From Hypanus sabinus (Eukaryota), in assembly GCF_030144855.1 (NCBI RefSeq), contig NC_082730.1, positions 14,322,001 to 14,386,000 of the forward strand: DNA of 64,000 nt, written 5' to 3'. A model generated the notes under the pieces. It was given only the letters and a program-made list of their open reading frames with translations, made no database searches and was not told the DNA's origin. The position numbers and the translations under genes are program-made. Numbering within the stretch: position 1 is the stretch's first letter; the number at the start of each line of letters is the position of its first letter. This document shows positions 1-13,222 of this stretch, piece by piece.

Positions 1-2094
1 GAGATACTCAAACCTCCCCTTCTTGTACCAATGACTAAGTTACATTTACTAAGATCACATTTCCTCTTCATCCTTTTGTTTGGCCTGAGCAACAACTGAA
101 CCCTCTTGACTATGTCTGCATGCTTTTATGAACTGTTCGTCACTGAGGAAATATTGCCTGAAAAACCTGCTGGAATTTTTTGTGGAAATTCAAGGCAGGA
201 TAGACAAAGGAGAGTCGGTTAATCCTGTTTACTTGAATGTTTAGAAGGCCTCTGACAAGGGTGCTTAACAAGATAAGAACCCATGTTATTGCTGGAAAGA
301 TTATGGCTGACTGTCAGCAGGCAAAGACTGGTAATAAAGAGAACCTATCTGTTTGTCTGTCAGTGACTCGTAGTGCTCTGCATGTGTTTGGACTGCATGA
401 CGGAATGGCAGAGTTGACTGTAAGGGCTGAATGGTCTAATTCTACTCTTTCATATTATGGTCCCTTTGTCTTATTGTCATCAGTAGTTTTAGGATTTTTG
501 GGCAGACCCTGTGTATTAGAAATGGCTGAAACCGAGTTTCTGGTTGCTGATTAAAATACCTCATTCGCTCTGAGATATGAGAAAGGAATTCATTGCTTCT
601 CTTTGCATCTATGTTCAGGTATGAACAAGGCTGCTGCATTTCATGATTGTGTGCAGGAAAACAAATCTTCAAAATCCATGGAAAACACTGCAGGAATGCC
701 TGTAGTAGGTGTCCAGCTTGCTACTCCATGAGATTTACGCATTTCTGTGCTGAACCGAGGTTGTGGCCTGTAATTAATGGCTCCTGAATCGGTGGCAGTG
801 ATGACTGGCTTTGTATCTGTGACTCACCTTTGTGAATTTAAGTTCTGAAAGTAATTCGGATAGTTTTATGGTTTGCATGGATTTTTCTGGACCTTTGTGT
901 TTGACGGTCTTTTTAATGTTCTATTTATTTTTTTTTGTTTTGTGGCTGCCTATAAAGAGACAAATCATAAGGTTGTATATAATTTACATACTTTGATAAT
1001 AAATATAGTTTGAATTTTTAAATTGAAGTCCAATCTGATTGGCTGTAATTCCATAAGCTGCCTCATTTATGCAATGAAATAGAATTCTGAATTTAACTTT
1101 TCAGAAATCTGTTCCAGTTTAGAAAGGATGCTGCAGTCATGGAGTTAACAGTTGTGGATACAGGAGCTTCACCCCAAATCGTCCATGCTAACCACAGTGT
1201 CTTCCTGAGCTTCTCCCATTTCCCTGAATTTGACTGCTATCCTTCTAAAGCTGTTTTGTACAAGAAGTTGATTGAAAGTATTTTAAATAGTGTATTTGTA
1301 ACCACTTCCAGCACTTCCTCTGGCAGCCTTTTCCACTGCTCTGTGTGGATACACTGCCCCTCCAGACCCTCCAAGAATTTCCCCTCTTTCCTCAAGCCAA
1401 GGCTCGCTGATTATTGACTCCCCTACCCTGGGATAAAGAGTGCAACCATCCACCATAGTTCTGTCCCTCTTCATTTTTAACCATCTATCAGTTCACCCCT
1501 CAGCTGTATTCACTTCAGGAAAAACTGTCCCAACCTATCTATAACCCAAACTCTCCCTTCCCAGCAGCATCTTTGTGAATGTTTTCTGTATCCTTTCGAA
1601 TTTAATCACACTCTTCCTCTGGAACTTGCCATAGTAGTCTAGTTGAGGTCTTGTCAACGTCCTTTATCACTGCAACATGCCATCCCAACTGTACTTAATG
1701 CCCCATCCAATGAAGGCAAGCATGGCATTTGCCTTGTTCACCACTTTGTCCACCTGCCTTACCACTTTCGGGCACATTTTATTTGTTGCCACAGCAAATA
1801 TTTTTAACCCTGTCACAGCTGTGAACTCCTTAAGGCTATTCTACTCTATTAAGCTCTCTACTATGGATTTAAATGCCAGAGGTCATTGTATCTACAAATA
1901 ACCAATAAGCAGTCAGTTAGAATACTTGTTTATAAACTGCTGAAGTTAATAAGTTATTTATCCGTTTGGTTTAGTTGAGAATGAAACTTTATACATGACA
2001 AACAGATTACATTCAGGTTCCTGGATTTTATCGATGGAGTCATAAATAAAACATAAATAAAGGAGCAGGATTAGGTCATTCAGCTGTTTCAGTT

Positions 2095-2375
2095 CCACAA
2101 AATGAGTTTGCACAGCTTTTCAAAGATTCCAAGCTGAAGCCTGCAGATAATCAACTAAGAAATTATCCAGGAGAAAAAGTAATTCCTGTGAGAATGACAT
2201 TTGTAACTGAGAAATAGCTACATTGAGCTTATGTGTGGCAAGAACAGAAGGACCAGCTTTGTGGGGACATGTTTGACTGAGAAACCCATTCAATAATTTG
2301 CATGCCATATCCCCTGCAATGAAGTTAACTGAAAACAAATTTCAAACGATACGGATGATGCCACAACTGTTTCCA
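2095..2375 (+). mobile_element. Gypsy-like LTR retrotransposon pol fragment (protease C-terminal region), decayed
   Basis: Hand translation with frameshifts gives FKDSKLKPADNQLRNYPGEKVIPVRMTFV...GPALWG...DDATTV, resembling the L(K/R)TYTGE...PALxGRxWL region of vertebrate Gypsy pol. Confidence 0.65.
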
Positions 2376-2379
2376 CACA

Positions 2380-3418
2380 GAACAGCAAGAACCACTTCTA
2401 AACGGAGGACTAAGAAGTGTTGGTCCCAACCTCTGTACTTCTGGTTGGAAAGCATATTGGATCAAGGAAGGACCATGCTGTTCAGAAGTGTGAAAATGAT
2501 GAAAACACTGGTCTGACAATAACAGTTTTTGTGGGCAACATATCAAAGAATGCTTCTGGCATGTTAGTCAGGCAGTTATTTGTGAAATATGGCTTGGTTT
2601 TAAAATGGAAGACTGTTGCAGGAGCTTCAGGAAAGTTGCAAGCATTCAGCTTTTGTGAGTATAAAGAACCAGGATCTACTGTGTGTGCAATGTACTTATT
2701 GCATGAACTTCAAGTGAGAGACAAAATGCTGCTTTGTCCATGGCAATGAACAAAGCCCAGCTGGATTAATGGAAGCTCAAAAGGAAAGGAGTTAAAGGAG
2801 ATTCAAAAGCAGAGGATTCATCAGTTGATGATGTGGATGAGAAAACCAAGAGGACAGATCAGATTGTAATAGGAGAAACAGAAGGATTAATAAGAGGATA
2901 CTCCAATTAACTAACAGCACCTTCCCAACATCAAGATACATAAACTAGAAAAAGAAAAGGGAAGAAGAAGAAAAGTGTCCAGAGCTGTCGGAACCACTTT
3001 CTGCAGTCTGAAAGTCAGCTCCCACAACCACCACGGACGAAGCCCCAGAACCTGAGGTTGTTTCACAGCCGTAAGTTTTAACTGCCAGACAGAGTTGTCT
3101 TACTGGTCAGGAAAGGTGTTGTCCCACAAGAGTAGGAAATCCTCTACAGTGATTAAATCATTAGGCCTGAATGAGTCAAATTAAAATTTACTATTCTGTG
3201 GATGTCTGCAAATAGAAGCTGCATGATATATTATACTTTGTATATAGTTGAGATGCATACTATATTGAGTTGCCATTTACAGCTAAGCAGGGAGGATTGT
3301 TGAGTATTTCATATTTTAGTTATACTTGAATAATATTGTACATATTGTACATTCAGTCTTGTTTGTTTAAATAATTAAATACAGTTTATAAGTACCTGTA
3401 AAAGACTTGAATTGCATA
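2380..3418 (+). pseudogene. RBM25: Processed (intronless) pseudogene of RNA-binding protein 25: N-terminal RRM region plus a non-canonical tail
   Basis: ORF 2417-2749 reads VLVPT..VGKHIGSRKDH..ENDENTG.T.TVFVGNISKNAS.MLVRQL..K.GLVL.WK.V.GASGKLQAFSFCEYKEP. After a frameshift it continues KAQLD*WK...DEKTKRTDQ...LIRGYSN*LTAPSQ...RKRKGKKKK. It is colinear with RBM25, has no introns, and carries stops and a frameshift. Confidence 0.9.
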
Positions 3419-4010
3419 TGTCATGACACTACCATATGATACGTACACACATCGCTTAAAGTAAAAACATAAACTAATATTCACATGTCTTGTTTCCTTT
3501 GAATTATTTTACTCTTTTGTATCTATAAACCATAACAGAGACCTTTCATCAAACCCAGTTTCATATCAGGGATCCATCTTCATATCTGGCTGAAAAGTGG
3601 AAGAGTGTCAGTTTAGAAAGCAGATCCAGTCAGAGAAGTGATGTATAGGATGAAATTCTATACAGTTTATTCCCAGCTTATGAATTCCTGACTTATGAAC
3701 ACTTCTGCAAATGAATGAGCTTTGGTAATATTATGGAATTCTTTTCTTTCTTTCTTTTTAAATCTTTTTATTAGTTTTAAACAAACATAAATGAAACATG
3801 AATACAAAATGTTTGAGAGTACATAATTAATAGTTTAAATAGACATTCAGATATGTAATAATAAAAATATATAACCTCTCAAACTCAGAACATTAATGAA
3901 CAAAGAAGTAAAAAGAGAAAAATAATTCAAAGGAAACAAGACATGTGAATATTAGTTTATGTTTTTACTTTAAGCGATGTGTGTACATATCACATGGTAG
4001 TGTCATGACA
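3419..4010. repeat. ~92-bp near-perfect inverted repeat (arms ~3419-3510 and ~3919-4010)
   Basis: tgtcatgacactaccatatgatacgtacacacatcgcttaaagtaaaaacataaactaatattcacatgtcttgtttcctttgaattatttt is the reverse complement of ~3919-4010, with 2 mismatches. Confidence 0.9.
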
Positions 4011-6055
4011 AAAAAAAGAAAAACCCCAAAAAAAGAGAGAAAAAAAAGCAAAAAAAAACACTAACCAACATGGGCCATTGAATAATATTAAGTACATATA
4101 TAGTAGTGCCAATAACTCCGAACCTCCATCCAATTAATTAAGGATAATATAAGTAAGGTTTAGGAAACAACTCATGTGAAAATGTTGAATAAAACGTCTC
4201 CAAGTTTCTTCAAATTTAACTGAAAGATCAAAAACCACACTTCTAATTTTTTCTAAACTCAAACAAGAAATCATTTGAGAAAACCACTGAAATACAGTTG
4301 GAGGATTAATTTCTTTCCAATTCAATAAAATAGATCTTCTAGCCATTAATGTAACAAATGCAATCATTCATTGAGATGAAGTGGATAAACGATTATTATC
4401 GGTCATTGGTAAACCGAAAATTGCAGTAAGAGGATGCGGTTGAAAATTAATATTTGAGACTCTTGAAATAATACTGAAAATATCTTTCCAATAATTTTGT
4501 AAACAAGGACAAGACCAGAACATAAGAGTCAATGAAGCAACATCAGAATGACATCTATCGCAGGTTGAGTTAAGATGAGAATAAAATCGAGCCAGTTTAT
4601 CCTTAGACATATGAGCTCTATGTACAACCTTAAATTGTATTAGGGCATGTTTAGCACAAATAGAGGACGAATTTACCAATAATAATTTTTTTCCCATTGC
4701 TCAGTAGATATAGGACAATACAACTCTTCTTGCCATTCCTTCTTAATTTTTTCTGACTGTAAATTCATGATCATCTTATAAATGATGGCTACTAAACCCT
4801 TTTGATAAGGATTAAGGGCTAAAATTCTATCTGTAATGTCCAATGGACATTCTTTCGAAAAAGACTGTAACTCATTATACAAGAAATTTCTAACTTGCAA
4901 ATATCTAATAAAATGGGTTTTAGGTAAATTATATTTATTAGATAGCTGTTCAAAGAACATAATGTTATCATCCAGAAACAGATCACAAAAACATGTTATA
5001 CCTTTTGTTTTCCATAAACGAAAAGCTTGATCCATAGATGAAGGCTGAAAAAAATAATTAGATATTATAGGACATGATAAAATAAATTTATTCAAACCAA
5101 AAAATTTACAAAATTGAAACCAAATTCGTAATGTATATCAGACTATAGGATTAGTTATCTGTTTATTCAATTTGAATAAAGAAAAAGGAAGTGAAGATCC
5201 TAAGATTGAAATCAGTGAAAAATCTTGCACAGATTTACATTCCAAATTTACACATTATGGGCAAGTAGCTATAGTCCATTCTTGTGTCCAGAATATTAAG
5301 TACCGTATATTGACTGCCCAATAGTAAAAGCTTAAGTTTGGTAAAGCCAAGCCGCCCTCCTTCTTAGGCTTCTGTAAATATTTTTTACCCAATCTAGGAT
5401 TTTTGTTCTGCCACAAGAAAGAAGATATTTTAGAGTCAATAGTATCAAAAAAAGCTTTAGGAATAAAATTTGGTAATGCTTGAAATAAATAGAAGAATTT
5501 AGGTAGTATCATCATCTTAATAGCATTAACTCTACCAACCAATGACAAAGATAGTGGAGACCACCTAATAGCAAGTTGCTTAATTTGATCAATTAAAGGT
5601 AAAAAGTTAACCTTAAATAAATCTTTATGTTTTTTTAGTAATTTTAATACCTAGGTAAGTAAAATAATCTGTAACAATTTTATATGGTAAATGTTTATAA
5701 ATTGGAACTTGCATATTTAATGAAAATAGTTCACTCTTGTTAAAATTCAATTTATAACCAGAAAAATTACTAAATTGAGCAAGCAAAGACGAAATATCAG
5801 GGATAGATCTTTCAGGGTCAGATATATATAATAACAAATCATCAGCATATAATGATACTTTATACGTCCTCTCCCCATGGGTAATACCCAGAATATTAGG
5901 TGATTCACTAATAGCTATAGCCAACGGTTCTAAAGCAATGTCAAATAGTAAAGGACTTAAAGGGCAACCTTGCCTCGTACCACAAAATAGCTGAAAAAAG
6001 GGGATCTTTGATTATTGGTAAAAACCGAAGCTAAAGGTTTATGGTATATTAAATA
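3743..6055 (-). mobile_element. 5'-truncated L1-clade LINE (ORF2 RT and C-terminus, 3' UTR, A-rich tail), degenerate
   Basis: Minus-strand ORFs include KVSLYADDLLLYISDP..SGYKLNFNKSE, LSLVGRVNAIKMMILPKF and CDRC..DVASLTLMFWSCP. A T-rich tail starts at 3743. A 7-bp TSD gaattct lies at 3736-3742 and 6056-6062. The element is absent from the paralogous site near 48100. Confidence 0.9.
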
Positions 6056-6075
6056 GAATTCTAAACTCCAATGTG

Positions 6076-6472
6076 CAGTACTGTGCAAAAGTAGCAGGCA
6101 TCATAGATTTTTTTAAAAATGGTTTCAGATGCTATGGCTTCCACATGACACTAATCTCAACATCATTGAGGCAGTTTGCGATTATCTGAAGGTTCAGAGG
6201 CAAGCACAACGGCCAAAGTCTGGAGAAGAACTGTAGCAACCTATCAGATAATTTTCTTACAAAACTGCACAACTGTGCACCTCAGAGGATTGATGCAGTT
6301 TTAAAGGCAAAAGATGGTCTCACCAAATATTGACTTGATTTATTGTTTTTACTGTCCATTGCAATTTATATTAAATATTTGATGTTCAGAAAATTCTCAT
6401 TTCATTATTTTTGAAAGCATAGTCACTTCACAGAATATTTTGGCATTTGCCCATGACTTCTGCAAAGTTCTG
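6076..6472 (+). mobile_element. Tc1/mariner deletion derivative
   Basis: TIR cagtactgtgcaaaag at the left end and a degenerate complement at the right end. The interior encodes a decayed transposase C-terminus (..NIIEAV..YL..PKSGEEL..PQRIDAVLKAKDG.TKY). A paralogous copy lies at ~48105-48503. Confidence 0.75.
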
Positions 6473-7400
6473 TTTGCACATGACACAAAAATGTCAGTGT
6501 TGTGGATGGTACAGAGCCTGTCATCAGTTCCAACAGGGTGATGAATGGATGCAGTGCTGGCTGGAGAAGTGGTAGCTGGAGATTAACACTGAGAAATGTG
6601 AAGTGATACACTTTGGATGATCAAATTTGAAGGCAGATTACAAAGTTAATGGCAGGATTCTGAGCAATGTGGAGGAACAGAGGGATAATGGGGTCCAGGT
6701 CTGTAGATTCCTCTAAGTTTCTGCGCAAGTTGAAAGGGTGTTAAAGAAGCTGTATGATGTGCTGGACCTTACTAGTCGGGCGACTGAGTTCAAGAGCCAC
6801 AAGGTAACATTACACTCTATAAAACTCTGGTTCAATCACACTTGGAGAATTTAGTTCAGTTCTGATTGCCTCATTGTTGCAAGGTTGTGGAAGCTTTAGA
6901 GAGGGAGCAGAGGAGGTTTACCAAGATTCTGCCTGGATCAGAGAACTTGTCTTACGAAGAAATGTAAGTGTTGAGTGAGCCAGGGTTTTTTTCTTTGGAG
7001 CAAATGAGAGTGAGAGGTAACTTGGTAGAGTGGTGCTGAAGAGATGTACAGTATAAGGCATAGATTGAGTTGACAGGCAGCACCTCTTGCCCATGGTGAC
7101 AATGACCAATACCAGAGGATGTCCACTTAAGGTGAGTGGACAAAAGTTAACGTGAAATGTAAGAGGTAAGTTTTTTTTTATACTGAGTGGTTGATCCCTG
7201 GAAACACTACAGGCAAGATTGTAGAGGCTTATATAATAGGGACATTTAGAAGCTCTTAGTTATGCACATACATACAGTATGTTTATAAATATAGAGCGTG
7301 ATGTGCTTTATAGGAGGGAAGGATTAGATTGAGCGAGAAGTATAGATTGGTACAATACTCTGTGCCAAAGGGCCTGTACTGTGCTGTTCTATGTTCCTCC
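6473..7400 (+). mobile_element. Old CR1 LINE 3' fragment
   Basis: Decayed FAxDTK..EKCEVIHFG..YKTLV..HLE..VQFW..RFT region and CR1-type 3' end. It is paralogous to ~48510-49400. Confidence 0.75.
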
Positions 7401-8519
7401 AAATAACAGAACTAGTTTTCTCTCTCTCTGCTTTTCAGAATTACTCTTTCACCTCAGTTTTATATGTAGTTGATGCCTTTCATAATAGTATCATGGAAGT
7501 ATGAATACCATATTGAGTGATATTTGTTGTGTTTTCTGAATTATGGGCAGAATTGACTTAAAGGCACCTGTAAAAACAGACCCATTCATCACTCAGGGAT
7601 GGTCTGTATGGCAATAGGTTAAGACTGATCTGATCAGTTGATAGGTAAAGCCCAGCCCACCAGTGAGAACATCTACAAAAGTGTACTGCCATAAGAAAGC
7701 AAGATTCATCCAACGACTCCTTCATCCAGACATAATCTCTTCTCACTGCTACCGATCGGAAGGAGGTACGTGAGCCTGTGGTCCCAAACTAACAGGTTCA
7801 GGAACAGGACAGCCATGAGGCTCCTGAACCAGGGTGGATAACTTCAGTCACCTCAACAGCAAAATGATCACTGTACACAACCTACCGAATCACTTTCAAG
7901 GATTCTACAACTCATATCCTCCATATTATATCTTTACTTCTTTATTGTGTTTGCATAGTTTGATTCCTTAGCACATTGTATGTTTGTACATATCTGTATG
8001 TGTTTTTAATTGATTCTATTATATTCCTTGGTCGTACTCTGAATGCCTGCAAGAAAATTAATCTCAGGGTGAATCCTCTGGTGACAAAAATGTTCTTTGA
8101 TAATAATTTTCTTCAGCTTTGATAAGGTGCATGGTTACTGACCTTTCATAACACATTTTGTAGAAATGGACTACGAAATAGAAACAAGCATGAAAATTTC
8201 CAGTCACTGTACAGAAGTCTTAAAGGAGAACAAGTACAGTAATTGAAATAAAAGTTGGGTGCTGAATAAAGTGAGTGAGCTACAAATTATTTGAACTTGC
8301 ATTGGTCATAAGGGTGTGAATCTGCAAATAGAAGGTGTAACTTTTCTCAGTACTGATCTGTGACAGCAACCCATGAAAGTACAATAATGTGTCTTGAAAA
8401 TGAGCGAAGGTGAACGACATTATTGTCATTATATTCAGTGTTGTTTGTGGTGACATGTACGCGCTGTACTTTGATAATCAACTTAATTTGAATTTTGGAC
8501 ATAAAAATGTCTCATTGAC

Positions 8520-10880
8520 AGGTGGGATGTCAGATGTATCAGTATTACAGTGTAGTGAAAGTAATTACAGAGGCATGCGAGAGGAGTTGGCCGGAATTGA
8601 TTGGAAAGGAATGCCTGCAGGGACAGCAGTAGAGCAGCAATGGGTGAAATTTCTGGCAGCAGTTCAAAAGGCAGAAGATATTTACATACCAAAGAGGAAG
8701 TACTGTAGTATTCAAAAGGAAAGACACACAACCACGAACAATAGAAGTCAAAGCCCACAAAAAAGCCAATGCGAGGGCTTATAATAGAGAAATGATTAAT
8801 GGGAACTTAGAGGACTGGGAAACTTTCAAAACCCAGCAGAAGATAACTAAAATAGTCATTAAGAATATAAAGATGCAATACAAAAGTAAACTAGCCAGCA
8901 ATATTAGAGAGGACACAAATACATGAAGTGGAAAAGAGAGATGAGAATGGATATTGGATCTCTGGAAAAAGATGCTGGAGAGGTAGTAATGGCTGACAAG
9001 AAAATGGTGGATGAACTGAACAAGTATTTTGCATCAGTTTTCACTGTGAAAGACAGTTGCAATATGGTGGAAATTCAAGTGTGTCACAGGGCAGAAGTGT
9101 GTGAAATTGCCATTACTAAGCAGAAAGTTCTTGGGAAACTGAAAGAACTGAAGGTAAATAAATCATCTGGACCAGATGGTATACTGCAGGGCTCTGAAAG
9201 AGGTGTCTGAAGAAATTGTGGAGGCATAAGTAGTGCTCTTTCTAGAATCAGTTGCTTCGGGAATGGTTCAAAAGGAATGGGATATTGCAAATATCACTCC
9301 ACTCTTCAAAAAGAGAGAGAGGCAGAAGAAAGTAAATTATAGGCCAGTTAGTCTGACCTCAACAGTTGGAAGTATATTGGAGTCCATTGTTAAAGATGTG
9401 GTTTCAGGGTCCTTAGTGGCACATGATAAAATAGTCCATAGTCAGCAAGGATTCTTGCCTGACAAATTTGTTGGAATTCTTTTGAGAAGTAACAAGCAGA
9501 ATAGACAAAGGAGAATCAATTGATGTTGTCTACGTGGATTTTCAGAAGGCCTTTGACAAGGTGCCACACATGAAGCTGCTTAACAAGCTATGAGTCCATG
9601 TTAATTCAGGGAAGATTCTAGCAAAGTGGCAGACTGGCAGAAGGCAAAGAGTGGGGATAAAGGGAGTCTTCAAATCACAAACAAGAGATAATCTGCAGAT
9701 GAGTAGCTGAGGAGTACTCAGATTTTTTTTCTCCAGTCCTGCCAAAGAGTTTTGGCCTGAAGTGTCATCTCTGCTTTTATCCATAGATGCTGCCTGGCCT
9801 GCTGAGTTCCTCCAGTATTTAGTGTATGTTGATAAAGGGAGTCTATGCTGGTTCGCTGCCAGTGGTTAATGGTGTTACACAGGGGTCTGTGTGCGATGAA
9901 TTATTTTTACCTTATATGTCAATGATTTGGAGAATGGATTTGATGTCTTTGTTGCAAAGGTTGCAGATGATATGAAGATAGTTGGAGGTAGTTTTGAGAA
10001 AGTAGAGAGGCTACAGAAGGAATTAAACACATTAGGAGAATGGGTGAAGAAATGGCAGATGGAATATAGTTTTGGGAAGAGTATGTTCATGCACTTTGGT
10101 AGAAGAAATGAAAGATTTGACCATTTTCTAAATGGAGAGTAAATACAAAAATCTGAGACACAAAGGAACTTGGGAGTCCTTGTGTGGGATTCCCTAAAGG
10201 TTAATTTGTAGCTTGAGTCTCTGGTGAGAAAGGCAAATGCAATGTTAATTTTCATTTCAAGAAGAATAGAATATAAGCACAAGGATGTAATGTTGAAACT
10301 TTATAAAGCATTGGTGAGGCCTCACTTGGAGTATTGTGAGCAGGTTTGGACCCCTTATCATTGAAAGGATGTGCTGAAACTGAAAAGGGTTCAAAGGAGG
10401 ATCACATAAATGTTTACAGGATTAATTGCCTTCTCATATGAAGAGTGTCTGTTGGTTCTGGGTCTGTGTTCATTAGAATTCAAAAGAATAAGGGATGACC
10501 AAATTGAAAATTATCAAATGGTGAAAAGCCTTGACAGAGTAGAGTTAGAGAAGATGTTTCCTATGGTGTGAGAGTCAAAGACCAGTGGACTCAACCTAAA
10601 AATGGGGGGGGGGGGGGTTGTTGTTTCAGAACATAGACAAGGATGAATTTCTTTAGCCAGAGGGTGGTGAATCTGTGGAAATTTTTGCCACAGACATCTG
10701 TGGAGGCCAAGTCTTTATGTATATTTAAGACAAAGGTTGATAGATTCTTGATTGGTCAGGGCATGAAGAAATACTAGGAGAAGGTAGGAGATTGGAGCTG
10801 AGATAAAATTTAGATCAACCATGATGAAATGGTGGAGCAGTTTTGATGGGCCAAATGGCTTAAATCTGTTCCTATATCTA
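8520..10880 (+). mobile_element. Degenerate CR1 LINE (ORF2 RT part), with a Penelope-terminus fragment inserted at ~9680-9835
   Basis: ORFs include NKYFASVFT, KSSGPDG, WDIANITPLFKK..NYRPVSLTS and VAKVADDMKI, with many stops and frameshifts. Confidence 0.85.
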
Positions 10881-12356
10881 TGGTTTTACGGATTTTACCC
10901 TTGTGAATGTGCAACTCCATTCAACTGGTTTCCCCTCACATCTAACTGAGGCAAAGTGAAATTCCGACAGAGCTCCTGAAATTAATGGAATAGAATTCAG
11001 GAGGTGAGCTTTAAAAGTTACTTCAGATAGTGGAACCAGTCTTCAGAGAGAAGGGGGAATGAAGCCAAGCATGTCTGCTGAGTGTGCATGAAAAGCCCCT
11101 TCTACATCAAACCTATTTCCCACTTTACTCATTCCTCAGCAGCAAGTTCCCAAAAACTGGCTTGATATAATGATCACAACACATGCAAAAACCTGAAGGC
11201 CAGGCAGCAGCTTTGGAAAACAGTAAACAGTCGTCCTTTCTGGCCAAGACCAGTCATCAGGTGTCTTTCACGTGTCTCATGTTTGTTTGAATTATCAGCA
11301 AGGCAGGTCTAGAACAATGTACGGACATTGGGATACAAGTCCATAACTCTGAGTTTTGGAACAGCGGCAGATGGTAAGGTAGGTGATAAAGAGAACTTCT
11401 GGCATTGGACGAGCACTGAACATTCAAAAATTCATTTAGCAGAAGAGATTCATCAGGTTGGTGTCTTTATTAGAGGACCATAAGACCAAAAGGCTTAGGT
11501 GTAAAATTAGGCTCTCTCAACCCCATTCACCTACCTTCTCCCATAACCTTTAAGACCTTTAATAACCAAGAACTTATCAACCTCCATTTCAAATATATCC
11601 AATGACATGGCCTCAACTGACATCTGTGGAAGTGGATTCACAGATACATCACCCTATGTCTGAAGAAATTCTTCCTCGTCTCTGTTCTAAAGGAATGGCC
11701 TTGTACTCTGAGGCTGTGTCATCTAGTTGTAGACTCCCCTAACTTAGAAAATATCCTCTCCACATTCACTCTATCTAGGCCTTTCAATATTCAACAGATT
11801 TCAATGAGACCTTATCCCCCACTCCCCCCATTCTTCTAATCTCCAGCCCAGAGCCATCGAATGCTCCTGTGGTCTGGACTAGGGGTGATGTAACTTTCCA
11901 TTCACACTCACAAAACTCAACATGGACTTGTTCCCTTTCCACTATTAACTTCTGACCATGAATACTTTCCCCAGTGACTAACCATGGCTAACATTTTAAT
12001 CAAGCAAAAAATAAAAAAAGATCTGAAGGAATCCGGTAGGATCTGTGGAGGCAGAGTGGTCGACATTGCAGATTAATCCTCTGCTCCAGCCATTTACCGT
12101 TGCTTCAGATGAGAACATTTGCTATTGCTTGGGTCAAATATTTCAACTCTGCTCATTGTTTTGTTCAGTCTTTGGGAACTGTTTAAATGTTTCTCTCTTG
12201 CTAATATAACTAAACGTGTTTTGATTGTCACATACCACATTCCAGTCGGGTCACTACAGTTTTCTGATTTAACCTCCTGCTGCCTTCTTCCTCATTTTTA
12301 TTTTAGTCATTGTTTTCTGAGAACAGATTTGTCCTGGCTGGTTCTCTGTGAATAAA

Positions 12357-12396
12357 ATGCTGTGGACTTTGATTCTTCTGCTTGGTTTCCTATCCA
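12357..12396 (+). pseudogene. Receptor copy 1: signal-peptide exon (MLWTLILLLGFLS, phase 1)
   Basis: ATG at 12357, hydrophobic codons and donor A|GTGAGT at 12397. It is paralogous to the leaders at 20797, 46990 and 55581 and phase-compatible with the V exon at 12898. Confidence 0.85.
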
Positions 12397-12897
12397 GTGA
12401 GTGACAACCTGCACTGGAATTTACATAATCAGTGTTGGTTTGGGAGTGTAACCCCAGTTCCAGAACAGAGTTTGAATACTTGTAGACACTAAGATTGTGG
12501 GAAACTGGAGTTCAGAGTACACTCTAGATGAACTCAGTGGGTCAAGCAACATCTGTCAGGGGCAGGGGAAATGTCAACAACTTGGGTCAAGACTTTGCAT
12601 CAAGTCTGAGCAGAGAGGGAGATAGTATAATTAGGAGAGAGGGAGAGGTGTGAGATGGGAGATAACCCTGGGTTTCTGCTCAGGACTCTGGCGTGGGGAT
12701 TGAACCCACAATGTACTGACACAGTGGAGAGAGCACTGACACAGCAACAGCACTGACTGCACTTCAGTGCAAAATCATTGACTGTGGTGTTATGATCAAT
12801 ATGCTGAATGTGACCTGGACATGTTTTTGATCTCATGTTCAAAAATATCTTTTTTGCTTTGTTCCTTTCCCCTCAAATCTGAAAATGCCTTCCGCAG

Positions 12898-13222
12898 TCT
12901 CAGGTGCATTGTGGGCAGAGAAACATGTAACAGGAGTTGTGATAAGTGCGATCACAATCGATTATCACTATGAAGCAAAGTACCGCTCGCACACAAAGTA
13001 TTGGTGCCGAGGGCGGACTTGTCAATGTTCAGTTTTAGTGGAAACAAATGAGCAACATGAACGGAGTGGATGAGTGTCAATCACAGATAACCTGGAACGG
13101 GGAATATTTACTGTTACTATGGAGGATCTTCACTCTGGAGATACAGGATGGTACAGCTGTGGAATTACATCAACAGATCAATCATGATCCAATATTTAAT
13201 GTATATCTACAAGTATTTAATG
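12898..13222 (+). pseudogene. Receptor copy 1: CD300/pIgR-like Ig V exon, disabled
   Basis: Acceptor ccgcag| and donor G|GTAGGT. It encodes SGALWAEKHVTGVV.SAITIDYHY..KYWCRG.TCQCSV..G*VSITDN.ERGIFTVTMEDLHSGDTGWYSCG. Defects are B-strand Cys>Tyr, CGA>TGA at 13071-13073 and a +1 frameshift near 13180. Confidence 0.9.

Noticed and set aside
1795-1891. Open phase 1-1 segment with AG/GT-like ends (ANIFNPVTAVNSLRLF..)
   Set aside because: No similarity to other receptor exons in the window and the donor is weak.
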